A DNA stretch of 47,571 nucleotides from a virus. Below the pieces are notes generated by a model, which saw nothing but the letters and a program-made list of their open reading frames with translations, was not told the DNA's origin and made no database searches. The position numbers and the translations under genes were made by a program. The stretch is taken from UHGV virus genome UHGV-2008342. One strand, given 5' to 3'. Positions within the stretch are counted from its first letter, which is position 1, and every line of letters begins with the position of its first letter. Shown here one piece after another: positions 37,250 to 45,394 of the stretch.

Positions 37250-38700
37250 GACTTAAGAATCTACCCTATGAATGGATATGCACTCAACCGAATCGATCTT
37301 GGTTTCAATCTTTTTTATCGGGATCAGGCTTCTTTTTAGGTAACTTCGGGGGCTTAACTTGCTGATGACTTTGCGTTCGGCGCGTAAGCCAGGGATGGTC
37401 AGCTTTAGGTTTAACATAGTATTTTGAGCGTAAATCAATACGGGCATTATCCACTCGTTCATGGACACTCTTTTCATCATCCAGTGGTATAGGCTCCGGG
37501 CCATCAACATACTTTTCCCAGCCCAGCGCTTTCCCGTCATACAGAACGTTAATTTCACCGTCAAAGTTCTCGCATACAGTAACAACCGAATGCCTAAGTC
37601 GATATCCCCGGCCCTCACTGCGTACCTGAAACGCACTGCTTTTGTACTGGAAAGTGAGATTTTTAGACAGAACGCGCTTCGCCTGTAGGCTGAAGATATA
37701 ACCCAGTTCCTCTTCAGAATGGTGCACATCAAGATGAGCATTATCAGTAGTACGAGGCGACGTAGCGAACCGGTTGTTATAGGCTTCAATAAAGGTCGGC
37801 AACCATGCATTTGCTGTTTCAATATCACTGATATTCTGAAGCCGCATTTCTTTGACCAGCCTGTCCTGTAGTGTCTGATTGGCGCGCTCTACCCGCCCTT
37901 TTGCCTGCGGGCTGTTGGCATGGATTGGCTCGATGCCCAGTGTCTTTATCGCACGAGTGAACTGGGTCAGCTCACCTTCCCGCTCTGGGTTATTTACCCT
38001 GAATATACTGTGTCTATCAGAGTAGAGAGCGAGCGGTACGCCATGATCATTAAGGTAACCCCGGAGGGTTTCCATGTAAGCCCGGGTTGTTTCAGCAGGC
38101 ACAAAACGCAACGCCATCAACGCACTGGTGGTATCATCAATGAAAACGATCAGTGTACATCTGGGGCCTCGATTTTCAAACCAGTCATGAGGTGAGCCAT
38201 CAATCTGGATCAGTTCACCGTAAGATGGTCGTCGCATGCGGCGTTGATATATACGGGCAATTTTACGACGGCGTTCACGCCATACCCCCCTCTTCTATCA
38301 TCCACTTTCTGAGAGTTTCAACGGATAAAGATAAACCGTGTATCTCGCGCAATTTTTCGCACGCAAACGTAGGTCCAAAATCAGCGTAACGGCCTTTGAG
38401 GAGTGAAATTACTGTTGCTCTGAATTCAGTAGAAAAGGAATTATTAGGACGCTTTCCACGTCGGTGGGAAACCAGACCAGAAGGCCCTTCATTTCTATAC
38501 CGTTGCACCAGACGTTTAACCTGCCGAATAGAAATGCCAATGCGTGCCGCAGCTTGTTCCTGAGTAATATGTCGATTAATTGACTCCTGAATAATCTGAA
38601 GTCGGTGGAGTTCCTTATGACTCATCGTAACAGTTTCTTTGGTCATGAAAAATCCCCCAGAGAATTGTCTGGGGACATTTTAGAATGGTTCAAAGGGGAC
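37250..38700 (-). mobile_element. insertion sequence with HTH plus rve-type DDE transposase; family not determined, ends approximate
   Basis: Transposase-like coding region 37305-38646 in the flxA-to-replication interval, where I recall no IS in K-12 Qin. Terminal inverted repeats not identified by eye. Confidence 0.6.
37305..38646 (-). pseudogene. transposase split into an HTH ORF (38275-38646) and an rve/integrase-core ORF (37305-38237) by a frame change at a G6 run
   Basis: The HTH frame ends ...KWMIEEGGMA-stop. The catalytic frame is open upstream of its ATG (VWRERRRKIARIYQRRMRRPSYGELIQIDGSPHDWFENRG) and carries DDE-type residues and the SPQAKGRVERANQTLQDRL motif. The frames meet at GAGGGGGGT. 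Confidence 0.6.
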
Positions 38701-38980
38701 ATTACAGCTTGGTGTTAACAATAGCCTGCTTCTCCTTGCCTTTCGGCACGTAAGAGGCTAACCTACATGTGTCTGGCATGAAATTGGCCTCAGATTAATG
38801 TTAAGCGTCTTGCAGGACGCGTAATGTTAACTGGGGCTTTTCTCTACCTGCCGTTGGTGTTCGTGCCCGAGGCAGATAGCCTCAAGCACCCGCAGTCATT
38901 CTACTTAACTAAGATTTCCCCGCAAACCGTTTTTGTCCAGCACAGTAAATATCCAACTAAACCAATGGAGTTCGCTGTAT

Positions 38981-39199
38981 TTACCGCCAGTATTCAATGC
39001 ACATGACCGCCATGAACACCCCTAAAAAAAGGGCATTTATATATCCAAATATTAATATCAAAACATCAACTTTTTCCATATACCTTGCTGTGAAGATGAT
39101 GGGCATACATGATGCGAACAACCAGAACGCAACAAACAAAAACTGCAATGCGTTTTTCATTATTCCTCCTACAATCAATGTGCAATTACATTTAAACAC
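38981..39199 (-). CDS. hypothetical small membrane protein
   Basis: 72-aa ORF with two hydrophobic segments. No supporting context. Confidence 0.2.
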   Translation of the reverse strand: MFKCNCTLIVGGIMKNALQFLFVAFWLFASCMPIIFTARYMEKVDVLILIFGYINALFLGVFMAVMCIEYWR

Positions 39200-39414
39200 A
39201 CCTCAATTTGGCCGGACATATAAATAGCTAAACCAGAAAAAATCACTTACATAGCGTTACAAACTCTTTAGTCTAAAGGTTCATCGTAAAACATTCCCCA
39301 TACTTATCAGTCCGTTCCGCGCCAGGTAGCTCATTGCCTTATCTGGCAACCTGTAATCAGGTTTCCGCTTTTTCAGTTGGCTGGTCGTTTAACCGACATA
39401 GTTAACCCATTAAT

Positions 39415-39702
39415 CTAGTTGCCGGATGTTGGTGGATTTTCGCGTTTTAGTTGTTCATAAAAGTGCACAGCTTTAACCAATTCTTCTGATGTAACCGGGA
39501 CTGGTGAGGCAGTGAATAAGGCCTGAATTTGATAGTTCGGCCTGTCGTTACAATCCTCTTTTTTCGGTACATATTTCCAGTCACCAGACCACTACTTCCC
39601 CTGAAAGTCCGTAACGCCTTTTTTCACGTAGCGATATCGCCATGTCACTGGTTTTGCTTGCCCCGCCGTTTCATGCCCTTCCTGATAATTAATCTCGCTC
39701 AT
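39415..39702 (-). pseudogene. small phage gene (about 95 codons) with one in-frame TAG at codon 37
   Basis: Hand translation: MSEINYQEGHETAGQAKPVTWRYRYVKKGVTDFQGK-TAG-WSGDWKYVPKKEDCNDRPNYQIQALFTASPVPVTSEELVKAVHFYEQLKRENPPTSGN. The frame stays open for 57 codons after the TAG. Its ATG overlaps the upstream stop as ATGA. Confidence 0.4.
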
Positions 39703-39890
39703 TCATCGCCCCACTCATCACAATATGCTTCGACCGGAGTTTTTCCCGCTTCATAGTCATCACGCTAGGATTCGACATCAGCAGCACTTCCACCGCGTAA
39801 CTCACCATAGTCCATTAATAGTTCATCCCGCTCTTCAAAACTGATGTTATATTTAGCTGAACAAAAATCAGCCACTTTGTTCTTCCTCAT
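39699..39890 (-). pseudogene. small acidic phage gene (63 codons) with in-frame TAG at codon 42
   Basis: Hand translation: MRKNKVADFCSAKYNISFEERDELLMDYGELRGGSAADVES-TAG-RDDYEAGKTPVEAYCDEWGDE. The stop overlaps the start of the next gene. Confidence 0.35.
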
Positions 39891-39939
39891 CGTCTTTTAT
39901 TTCGTGGTATGAGTAATTGCAGTAGTTAAAGAAAATTTC

Positions 39940-40050
39940 TTATGCTCCGTCATGAATTTCATCAGGTGTTGCGTCATCGTCCACTTCGAATACATCCTCA
40001 AAATCTCCACCAGCTATTCCCGTTTCAATAATAATTTTGAACTTTCGCAT
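39940..40050 (-). CDS. candidate 36-aa acidic small protein
   Basis: MRKFKIIIETGIAGGDFEDVFEVDDDATPDEIHDGA with GGTAGTGAA upstream of the ATG. Same strand as the neighbouring small genes. Confidence 0.2.
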   Translation of the reverse strand: MRKFKIIIETGIAGGDFEDVFEVDDDATPDEIHDGA

Positions 40051-40222
40051 TTCACTACCGCCCTTTCGGGCGGCCTCCTGATGTTCTGAGGGTGCAGAAA
40101 TCCATCCGGTTAAGGATTAAGTTTTATTTACAGAACTGAATTTAATTATTCAGATATACGTATCTGTAACCTTACGAATCTACTCACTGGATGCCTCTTT
40201 CATAAAAATAATCCAGTGGGTT

Positions 40223-40669
40223 TTATCGTTTTTTCCCTGTTCGTTGACAGATAACAGGCTTTCTATCTGTCAGTGCCAGAATCTGGCTTACCGGTATTTG
40301 CGTTTCATTCCATTAAAAAATCAGAACGCCGTGCGGCCTCAACACCCGAAAAGCTTCTTTAAATCTCTGTCGCAAATCATCACGCCAGGCATCTTTATTC
40401 AGCCGTCCATATTTCTTTCCCATCCAGGCGTTATCACCAACACGCTCAAGATGCGGAGGGTCTAATACAACCATCGAAAAAGATGCGTCTGCAAATGATA
40501 ATGCACGAAAATCTGCGATAATGTCAGGGCTGATAATCAAGCGTCTCCCATTGCGTAATGTGTATCCTTCTTTTCTGATATCGCTAAATATCGCCCGTTC
40601 GTCAGACTTATCGAACCAGAACATGCGGCTGCCACAGCACATATCAAGAATGGTTGCCGGTGCACTCAC
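40223..40669 (-). pseudogene. SAM-dependent DNA methyltransferase interrupted by an in-frame TAA
   Basis: 118-aa ORF with a DMCCGS motif-I-like segment and a DPPH motif-IV-like segment, ending ...HGVLIF-TAA. The same frame continues WNETQIPVSQILALTDRKPVICQRTGKKR for 29 codons. Confidence 0.55.
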
Positions 40670-41088
40670 TGCGCCACGTCCTGAAAATTACCCTGATAGA
40701 AAGCCAGTATGCGCTGCATAACTTCGCTCTTCCGGCACTCGCGACAGATTATGTTTAGGCGACTGTCGTAGCGACGTATTTCTCCGTCAGGTGATGACCA
40801 GATAAGGTCCGGATCAACCACAGCAGGTTTCTTCACCTTTGCCCTCGAGAGTTTTTTGCGGGCGTTTTGCCAGTCCTTACGCGCCTGTTCAGAGGGGAAT
40901 AACCCGTAGCCGGAGTTGTATACATCGCCACTGGCTACCAGCTCTCTGGCAAGAACGCTCATCAGATATCTAGTCGCACCTGTTTTAGCTTCCAGTTGCC
41001 GTAACGTCTCACGGCCGCTCTGGCGCACGAGTTCCACCACCTGCCATTTAATTTTTTCCCGCTCTTCTTGTGTAAAAACTTTTGCCAC
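40666..41088 (-). CDS. hypothetical protein (140 aa) immediately downstream of the O-like gene, in the position of a helicase loader
   Basis: MAKVFTQEEREKIKWQVVELVRQSGRETLRQLEAKTGATRYLMSVLARELVASGDVYNSGYG... No Walker motifs, so not P-like or DnaC-like. Confidence 0.5.
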   Translation of the reverse strand: MAKVFTQEEREKIKWQVVELVRQSGRETLRQLEAKTGATRYLMSVLARELVASGDVYNSGYGLFPSEQARKDWQNARKKLSRAKVKKPAVVDPDLIWSSPDGEIRRYDSRLNIICRECRKSEVMQRILAFYQGNFQDVAQ

Positions 41089-41128
41089 AAGTCCCCCTTA
41101 AAATTACCTCATGACCTGAAATCAACAC

Positions 41129-42148
41129 TTATCCTCTGAAACCAGGCGGAATTTCTGTATCCGGTTCAGAAATATGATTAACACAACGCTGCACAGGTGA
41201 ACGTCCCAGGCGGATGACCAGTTCGTCCCATTTTTCGCGGAGCTTTGACGGGCTCATGATGTTTTTTACCCAGAATGGATCTCGCTGAACCCGACCAAAC
41301 ATTTCGCAAATTTGTCTGTGGCTTCTGCCATCCAGCATCCGCATTGTGCGCACGTCATTGGCCCAGGCAGTCCAGTTAGGCTCTTTTGGTCGCATGATCT
41401 CGCCATCATCACTGGCTGCCTGTTCGTAGAGACCCACGATCCGCCCCCAGATCCACTGCGCACACGCCAAATCCTCCCTGCTACCCCACTGGCGTTTTTT
41501 CGCACTAAACACAACCGCGTCGGAGTTCCGGGTTAAAAAATCCTGTTCAGTCGTCTGCGGGTCCGGTTGCGAAGCTTCCGGACGAAAAGTGTTTTTATTC
41601 TCTGTAGTAATCTCTGTTGTATTCTCTGTAAGATCATCAGGCCATTTTGACCCGATGACATTGGGTCGTTTTGAACCAATGGAGCGTTTCATTTTGACCT
41701 CTTCCATCGTGTCATTTTGACCTGATGGAGCGGCGCATTTTGAACCGATGGATTCGCTCAATTTGCCACCATCTAAAAGCTCGCTCCCATAGTTGATCGT
41801 GTAGAAATTGGTCATATCGCGCTTTGATTTATTGAGCTTTTCACAACGCAAAAGCCCCAGCGTTTTCAGACTTGCAAACGCGCGCTTTAACGTTGACTCT
41901 GACCAGAATGGGAACTGTTCCAGCCATTGTTCCGTTGTGTTATAAATCCAGCGAACACCATCACATTCCATGCCGGAGTTGGTATCTCTCAACCAGTAGT
42001 GCAGTTGTTGCAAAACAATGGCTTCGTTTAAGCCAATTTTCATTGCCAGCTGCGTGTTTATAACCAGTGGGCGTTCAGCAAAAAGAAGGCTCATAATTCC
42101 ATCCAGCTTTTTGTTGGTATTGCTGTCGATACGCAAGCTTGAAAGCAA
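41129..42148 (-). CDS. replication initiator, lambda O-like replisome organiser
   Basis: 339-aa ORF in the lambda O position. Iteron-type direct repeats and an AT-rich tract lie inside the coding sequence. Start may be an internal Met (MSLLFAERPLV at 42094). Confidence 0.65.
   Translation of the reverse strand: MLSSLRIDSNTNKKLDGIMSLLFAERPLVINTQLAMKIGLNEAIVLQQLHYWLRDTNSGMECDGVRWIYNTTEQWLEQFPFWSESTLKRAFASLKTLGLLRCEKLNKSKRDMTNFYTINYGSELLDGGKLSESIGSKCAAPSGQNDTMEEVKMKRSIGSKRPNVIGSKWPDDLTENTTEITTENKNTFRPEASQPDPQTTEQDFLTRNSDAVVFSAKKRQWGSREDLACAQWIWGRIVGLYEQAASDDGEIMRPKEPNWTAWANDVRTMRMLDGRSHRQICEMFGRVQRDPFWVKNIMSPSKLREKWDELVIRLGRSPVQRCVNHISEPDTEIPPGFRG
41585..41780. repeat. ori: candidate origin of replication: 5-6 iterons with a roughly 24-bp period plus an adjacent AT-rich tract with short repeats
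   Basis: Repeats CCATTTTGACCCGATG / GTCGTTTTGAACCAATGGAG / TTCATTTTGACCTCTTCCATCG / GTCATTTTGACCTGATGGAG / GCATTTTGAACCGATGGA at 41641-41760. Then TTCTCTGTAGTAATCTCTGTTGTATTCTCTGTAAG at 41585-41640. Confidence 0.65.
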
Positions 42149-42596
42149 TTGCTTTTTCTATAAGTTCGTCAGTTTCACGATCCACTACGGCAGGATCAGC
42201 AAAAAGCAGTCCGGACTCCACCACATCGCCATATTCTTTGTTTAACCCGGCGATCATGCACGTGATGCTTTTTCCGTCAGTAATTTCACGATACAACCTG
42301 AAATCACTAATCCGGATAGCCTCCATAATCGCAGGCACTAGCGCCGTGAACTTTTCACGCTTATCCCTGGTGTCGATAGCCTTCCAGCGTTCGAATATCT
42401 TCACTCGATTAACACCAAGCGCTCGCTGATCAACCGCGCCACCTTCATCTGTGACACGCTGAACATCGATGTTCGGGCGCTCTTTCAAAGCCCAGAATGC
42501 TTCAGTGATTAATATCGTCGCCTGCTCCTGTGTCATTCCTGGTCGACATATCCAGGCATCCAGAGCCTCACGAGCCTGTTCAGGAGTGATTTTCAT
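42075..42596 (-). CDS. early protein in the cII/YdaT position between the cro-like gene and O
   Basis: 173-aa ORF MKITPEQAREALDAWICRPGMTQEQATILITEAFWALKERPNIDVQRV... Its length (96+77) suggests it is the intact form of the K-12 ydfX/ydfW fragments; that is inference. Confidence 0.5.
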   Translation of the reverse strand: MKITPEQAREALDAWICRPGMTQEQATILITEAFWALKERPNIDVQRVTDEGGAVDQRALGVNRVKIFERWKAIDTRDKREKFTALVPAIMEAIRISDFRLYREITDGKSITCMIAGLNKEYGDVVESGLLFADPAVVDRETDELIEKAIAFKLAYRQQYQQKAGWNYEPSFC

Positions 42597-42810
42597 TGTT
42601 CAACCGCCCCGCCCGCTTCGTCTTACGATATTCATCATAAACTTTGGGATCATACTGAAGCTCCCCGCCAGATGCCTCCTGTAGACGCATCGCGCGACCT
42701 TCGGGAACTAAATCCCCTTTCCAGCTATAAAGCGAAGCCAAACGAATACCTGCTGCTTGTGCAAGTTTTGTTTTTGAACCGAAATACAAAAGAGCGTCAG
42801 TTTTAAGCAT
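42580..42810 (-). CDS. dicC: DicC, cro-like regulator
   Basis: 76 aa MLKTDALLYFGSKTKLAQAAGIRLASLYSWKGDLVPEGRAMRLQEASGGELQYDPKVYDEYRK. Divergent from dicA. Confidence 0.85.
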   Translation of the reverse strand: MLKTDALLYFGSKTKLAQAAGIRLASLYSWKGDLVPEGRAMRLQEASGGELQYDPKVYDEYRKTKRAGRLNNENHS

Positions 42811-42893
42811 TTAAAACACCTTTATTGTTAGTCATAACTAACAAGATAGATGTTAACAAAAACATAGTCAATACGATTTAGCATTAGCTAACT
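42811..42893. promoter_or_regulatory. dicA-dicC divergent promoter and operator region
   Basis: Perfect 20-bp palindrome TTGTTAGTCATAACTAACAA at 42825-42844 and palindrome TTAGCATTAGCTAA at 42878-42891. A related half-site TGTTAGTCAT lies downstream of dicA near 43372. Confidence 0.6.
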
Positions 42894-43301
42894 ATGGAAA
42901 CAAAAAATTTAACTATCGGCGAACGCATCAGGTATCGTCGGAAAAACCTCAAACACACCCAAAGGTCTCTTGCTAAAGCCCTGAAAATCTCCCATGTGTC
43001 TGTATCACAATGGGAACGGGGTGATAGTGAACCTACAGGGAAGAACCTTTTTGCCCTCAGCAAAGTATTGCAATGCTCACCAACATGGATTCTATTTGGC
43101 GATGAAGACAAGCAACCAACACCACCTGTTGAGAAGCCAGTTGCCTTATCCCCCAAAGAACTAGAGCTCCTTGAGCTGTTTAATGCACTGCCAGAATCAG
43201 AACAGGATACCCAGCTCGCCGAAATGCGAGCTCGAGTAAGAAACTTCAATAAACTCTTTGAAGAATTACTAAAAGCCCGTCAGCGGACAAATAAAAGATA
43301 A
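42894..43301 (+). CDS. dicA: DicA, HTH-XRE repressor
   Basis: 135 aa METKNLTIGERIRYRRKNLKHTQRSLAKALKISHVSVSQWERGDSEPTGKNLFALSKVLQCSPTWILFG. Confidence 0.9.
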   Translation: METKNLTIGERIRYRRKNLKHTQRSLAKALKISHVSVSQWERGDSEPTGKNLFALSKVLQCSPTWILFGDEDKQPTPPVEKPVALSPKELELLELFNALPESEQDTQLAEMRARVRNFNKLFEELLKARQRTNKR

Positions 43302-43467
43302 CATCATCAATGAGTTATCTTTTACCACATCAATTATGTTAGCTATAGCATACAAAATCACTTGACCGATATGTTAGTCATGGCTAATCTTGTTTGCATC
43401 AACACACCGCACGGTGTTCTCAGCAAACAGTTCCGCTACCCCAGCGTTAAGGGGAAATGAGGTCAGC

Positions 43468-43623
43468 ATGGATACTATCGATCTTGGCAACAACGAATCT
43501 CTGGTGTACGGCGTGTTTCCAAACCAGGACGGTACGTTCACCGCGATGACGTATACCAAAAGCAAAACGTTTAAAACCGAAAATGGTGCCCGTCGCTGGC
43601 TGGAAAGAAACTCAGGTGAGTGA
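43468..43623 (+). CDS. ydfA: YdfA
   Basis: 51 aa MDTIDLGNNESLVYGVFPNQDGTFTAMTYTKSKTFKTENGARRWLERNSGE. ATG at 43468 with a GGGGAAATGAGG SD. Confidence 0.8.
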   Translation: MDTIDLGNNESLVYGVFPNQDGTFTAMTYTKSKTFKTENGARRWLERNSGE

Positions 43624-43624
43624 T

Positions 43625-43753
43625 ATGGATTTCGACACAATCATGGAAAAGGCTTACGAAGAATACTTCGAAGGTCTTGCCGACGGCGAAGAAGCTCTCA
43701 GCTTCAACGAATTTAAACAGGCGCTTTCCAGTTCGGCAAAATCTAACGGCTGA
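43625..43753 (+). CDS. ydfB: YdfB
   Basis: 42 aa MDFDTIMEKAYEEYFEGLADGEEALSFNEFKQALSSSAKSNG. Starts 2 nt after the ydfA stop. Confidence 0.75.
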   Translation: MDFDTIMEKAYEEYFEGLADGEEALSFNEFKQALSSSAKSNG

Positions 43754-43782
43754 TAAGCGAAACAGCACCGCGAGGAATCAGT

Positions 43783-44001
43783 ATGCAGAAACGAGAACCC
43801 GTCATCATCGCGCCAGACTATACCGATGATGAACTTTATGAGTGGATGCGCCAGAAAATTAATGCAGCGCAGGATCTGAAATGGGCCAATGAAGCCAGGG
43901 CTAAGCAGGCTGAAAATCTGTCCGCTCTGGAGCAGGATATCACCAGGCTGGAAAAAGCAGCGGCATTAAGCATTGCAAGAATGATTACATACCCACGTTA
44001 A
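43783..44001 (+). CDS. ydfC: YdfC
   Basis: 72 aa MQKREPVIIAPDYTDDELYEWMRQKINAAQDLKWANEARAKQAENLSALEQDITRLEKAAALSIARMITYPR. Confidence 0.8.
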   Translation: MQKREPVIIAPDYTDDELYEWMRQKINAAQDLKWANEARAKQAENLSALEQDITRLEKAAALSIARMITYPR

Positions 44002-44023
44002 TAGCTAACCAACGAGGCTAATA

Positions 44024-44431
44024 ATGGAATTTAAAGATTTACCAAAAGAAATCCAGACAATTGCTGCAACGACTCTCGGTGATAGTCTGGTGAAAATTGA
44101 CCCGGCATACACCAAAAAAGAAACCATCGATAATATGGTTTGTAATGTGCGCAATGCTTTTTCTGGGCTATATGGTTCTGATAATCAAAAGCAGGAAAGC
44201 GATGTTAATAAACGGGTAATTTCTGTTTGCGTGAATGGCCATGTTCTTTCATCAATCAAAACAGAAACGGCGACAGTCTTCGATTGCCTTTGCATTGTAC
44301 AGAGCCTTGTTGATGCCCTGTTTCGTTCAGTGAATTTAGAAAATGATGCAAATCTGCGAGGGCGCACAATAGCACATCCATATGCACATACTTTAGGCTC
44401 TGTGGATATCAAAGATCCCACAAATCTTTAA
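44024..44431 (+). CDS. hypothetical protein A (135 aa), part of a low-GC insert in the dicB operon
   Basis: ORF MEFKDLPKEIQTIAATTLGDSLVKIDPAYTKKETIDNMVCNVRNAFSGLYGSDNQKQ... No family recognised. From memory, not present between ydfC and dicF in K-12. Confidence 0.5.
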   Translation: MEFKDLPKEIQTIAATTLGDSLVKIDPAYTKKETIDNMVCNVRNAFSGLYGSDNQKQESDVNKRVISVCVNGHVLSSIKTETATVFDCLCIVQSLVDALFRSVNLENDANLRGRTIAHPYAHTLGSVDIKDPTNL

Positions 44432-44642
44432 TGAAATAGTTAACGCGAATTGTACTTGCTCTTTCAGTTGCTTTCAGAATACGCGTTGAAACTGCTGGCG
44501 GTAATTTGGTATTCCATTTATTAAAATCATGCCCGGGAAAGTACTCTTCGAAAATACTTTTAACTGCAGACTCGCCTATTGAAATGCTGCTTACCATGCG
44601 ATTTTGATAAAGGCATTTAGCAATAAGAGTTGATTTTAACAT
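44409..44642 (-). CDS. hypothetical protein B (77 aa), convergent with A and overlapping it by 23 bp
   Basis: ORF MLKSTLIAKCLYQNRMVSSISIGESAVKSIFEEYFPGHDFNKWNTKLPPAVSTRILKATERASTIRVNYFIKDLWDL. Antisense to the surrounding early operon. Confidence 0.45.
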   Translation of the reverse strand: MLKSTLIAKCLYQNRMVSSISIGESAVKSIFEEYFPGHDFNKWNTKLPPAVSTRILKATERASTIRVNYFIKDLWDL

Positions 44643-44974
44643 TCACCCTCCTGAGGGTTGGTAATTAAGGAGTTCTCCACGGGTGAAGTGGAGTGCGTGC
44701 GCCGGACACGGGTGAACATCCGGCACTGACAGTTTACTGAAAGGATATATCCCTGAAAAGTCAGGGCATAACGCGAAAGCGCACGGCGAGGTAGCTGGTT
44801 CATAGATAGCCTGTCGTTAAATTTTCGTCGACCGTGCGCTTCCGGTTGTGGCAATCCGCGAAATGGCGCGGCGGTAAGTATGGCGGGGTTATTCCTTACC
44901 CCCATTGGTGGCACCGGGTTGTCAGGTTGACCATACGCCTGAGTGACAACCCCGCTACAACAACCCATGTTGAT

Positions 44975-45028
44975 TACCTTTTGGCGGGTATCCGTTTTTT
45001 GTTTTCCCTTGTGATACCCGCCCTTTTT
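44975..45028 (+). ncRNA. dicF: DicF-like small RNA (variant sequence); 5' end approximate
   Basis: Lies between ydfC and dicB. Terminator hairpin GGCGGGTATC...GATACCCGCC followed by CTTTTT; the downstream sequence AAAGTGAATTTTGTGATG matches my recollection of the K-12 dicF 3' flank. The body differs from the K-12 DicF sequence as I recall it. Confidence 0.5.
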
Positions 45029-45209
45029 AAAGTGAATTTTGTGATGCGGTGAATGCGGCTCAGCGCACGCGGAACAGTTAAAAAGCGATTAGTTCCCCCG
45101 TATCGGGTGTTTATGGGTTTCCCTGTATCCGGCGTTAATTGTTAACTGGTTAACGTCACCTGGAGGCACCAGGCACCGCATCACAAAATTCATTGTTGAG
45201 GACGCGATA

Positions 45210-45392
45210 ATGGAAACGTTATTACCAAACGTCAATACGTCTGAAGGTTGTTTTGAAATTGGTGTCAGAATCAGTAACCCTGTATTTACTGAAGATGCCA
45301 TTAATAAGAGAAAACACGAACGGGAGCTATTAAATCAAATATGCATTGTTTCAATGCTGGCCCGTTTACGCCTGATGCAAAAAGGACGCTGA
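45210..45392 (+). CDS. dicB: DicB cell-division inhibitor
   Basis: 60 aa METLLPNVNTSEGCFEIGVRISNPVFTEDAINKRKHERELLNQICIVSMLARLRLMQKGR. Confidence 0.85.
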   Translation: METLLPNVNTSEGCFEIGVRISNPVFTEDAINKRKHERELLNQICIVSMLARLRLMQKGR

Positions 45393-45394
45393 CA

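Noticed and set aside
37070-38695. TGGGGACA motifs near both ends of the IS element as possible terminal repeats
   Set aside because: They are in direct rather than inverted orientation, and each sits inside a local palindrome. They are not convincing terminal inverted repeats, so the IS boundaries are left approximate.
44636-44968. 110-aa minus-strand ORF upstream of ORF B
   Set aside because: Pro/Arg/Gly-rich composition and GC content unlike the neighbouring AT-rich ORFs. The region is dense in hairpins, so it is treated as non-coding and reported under findings.
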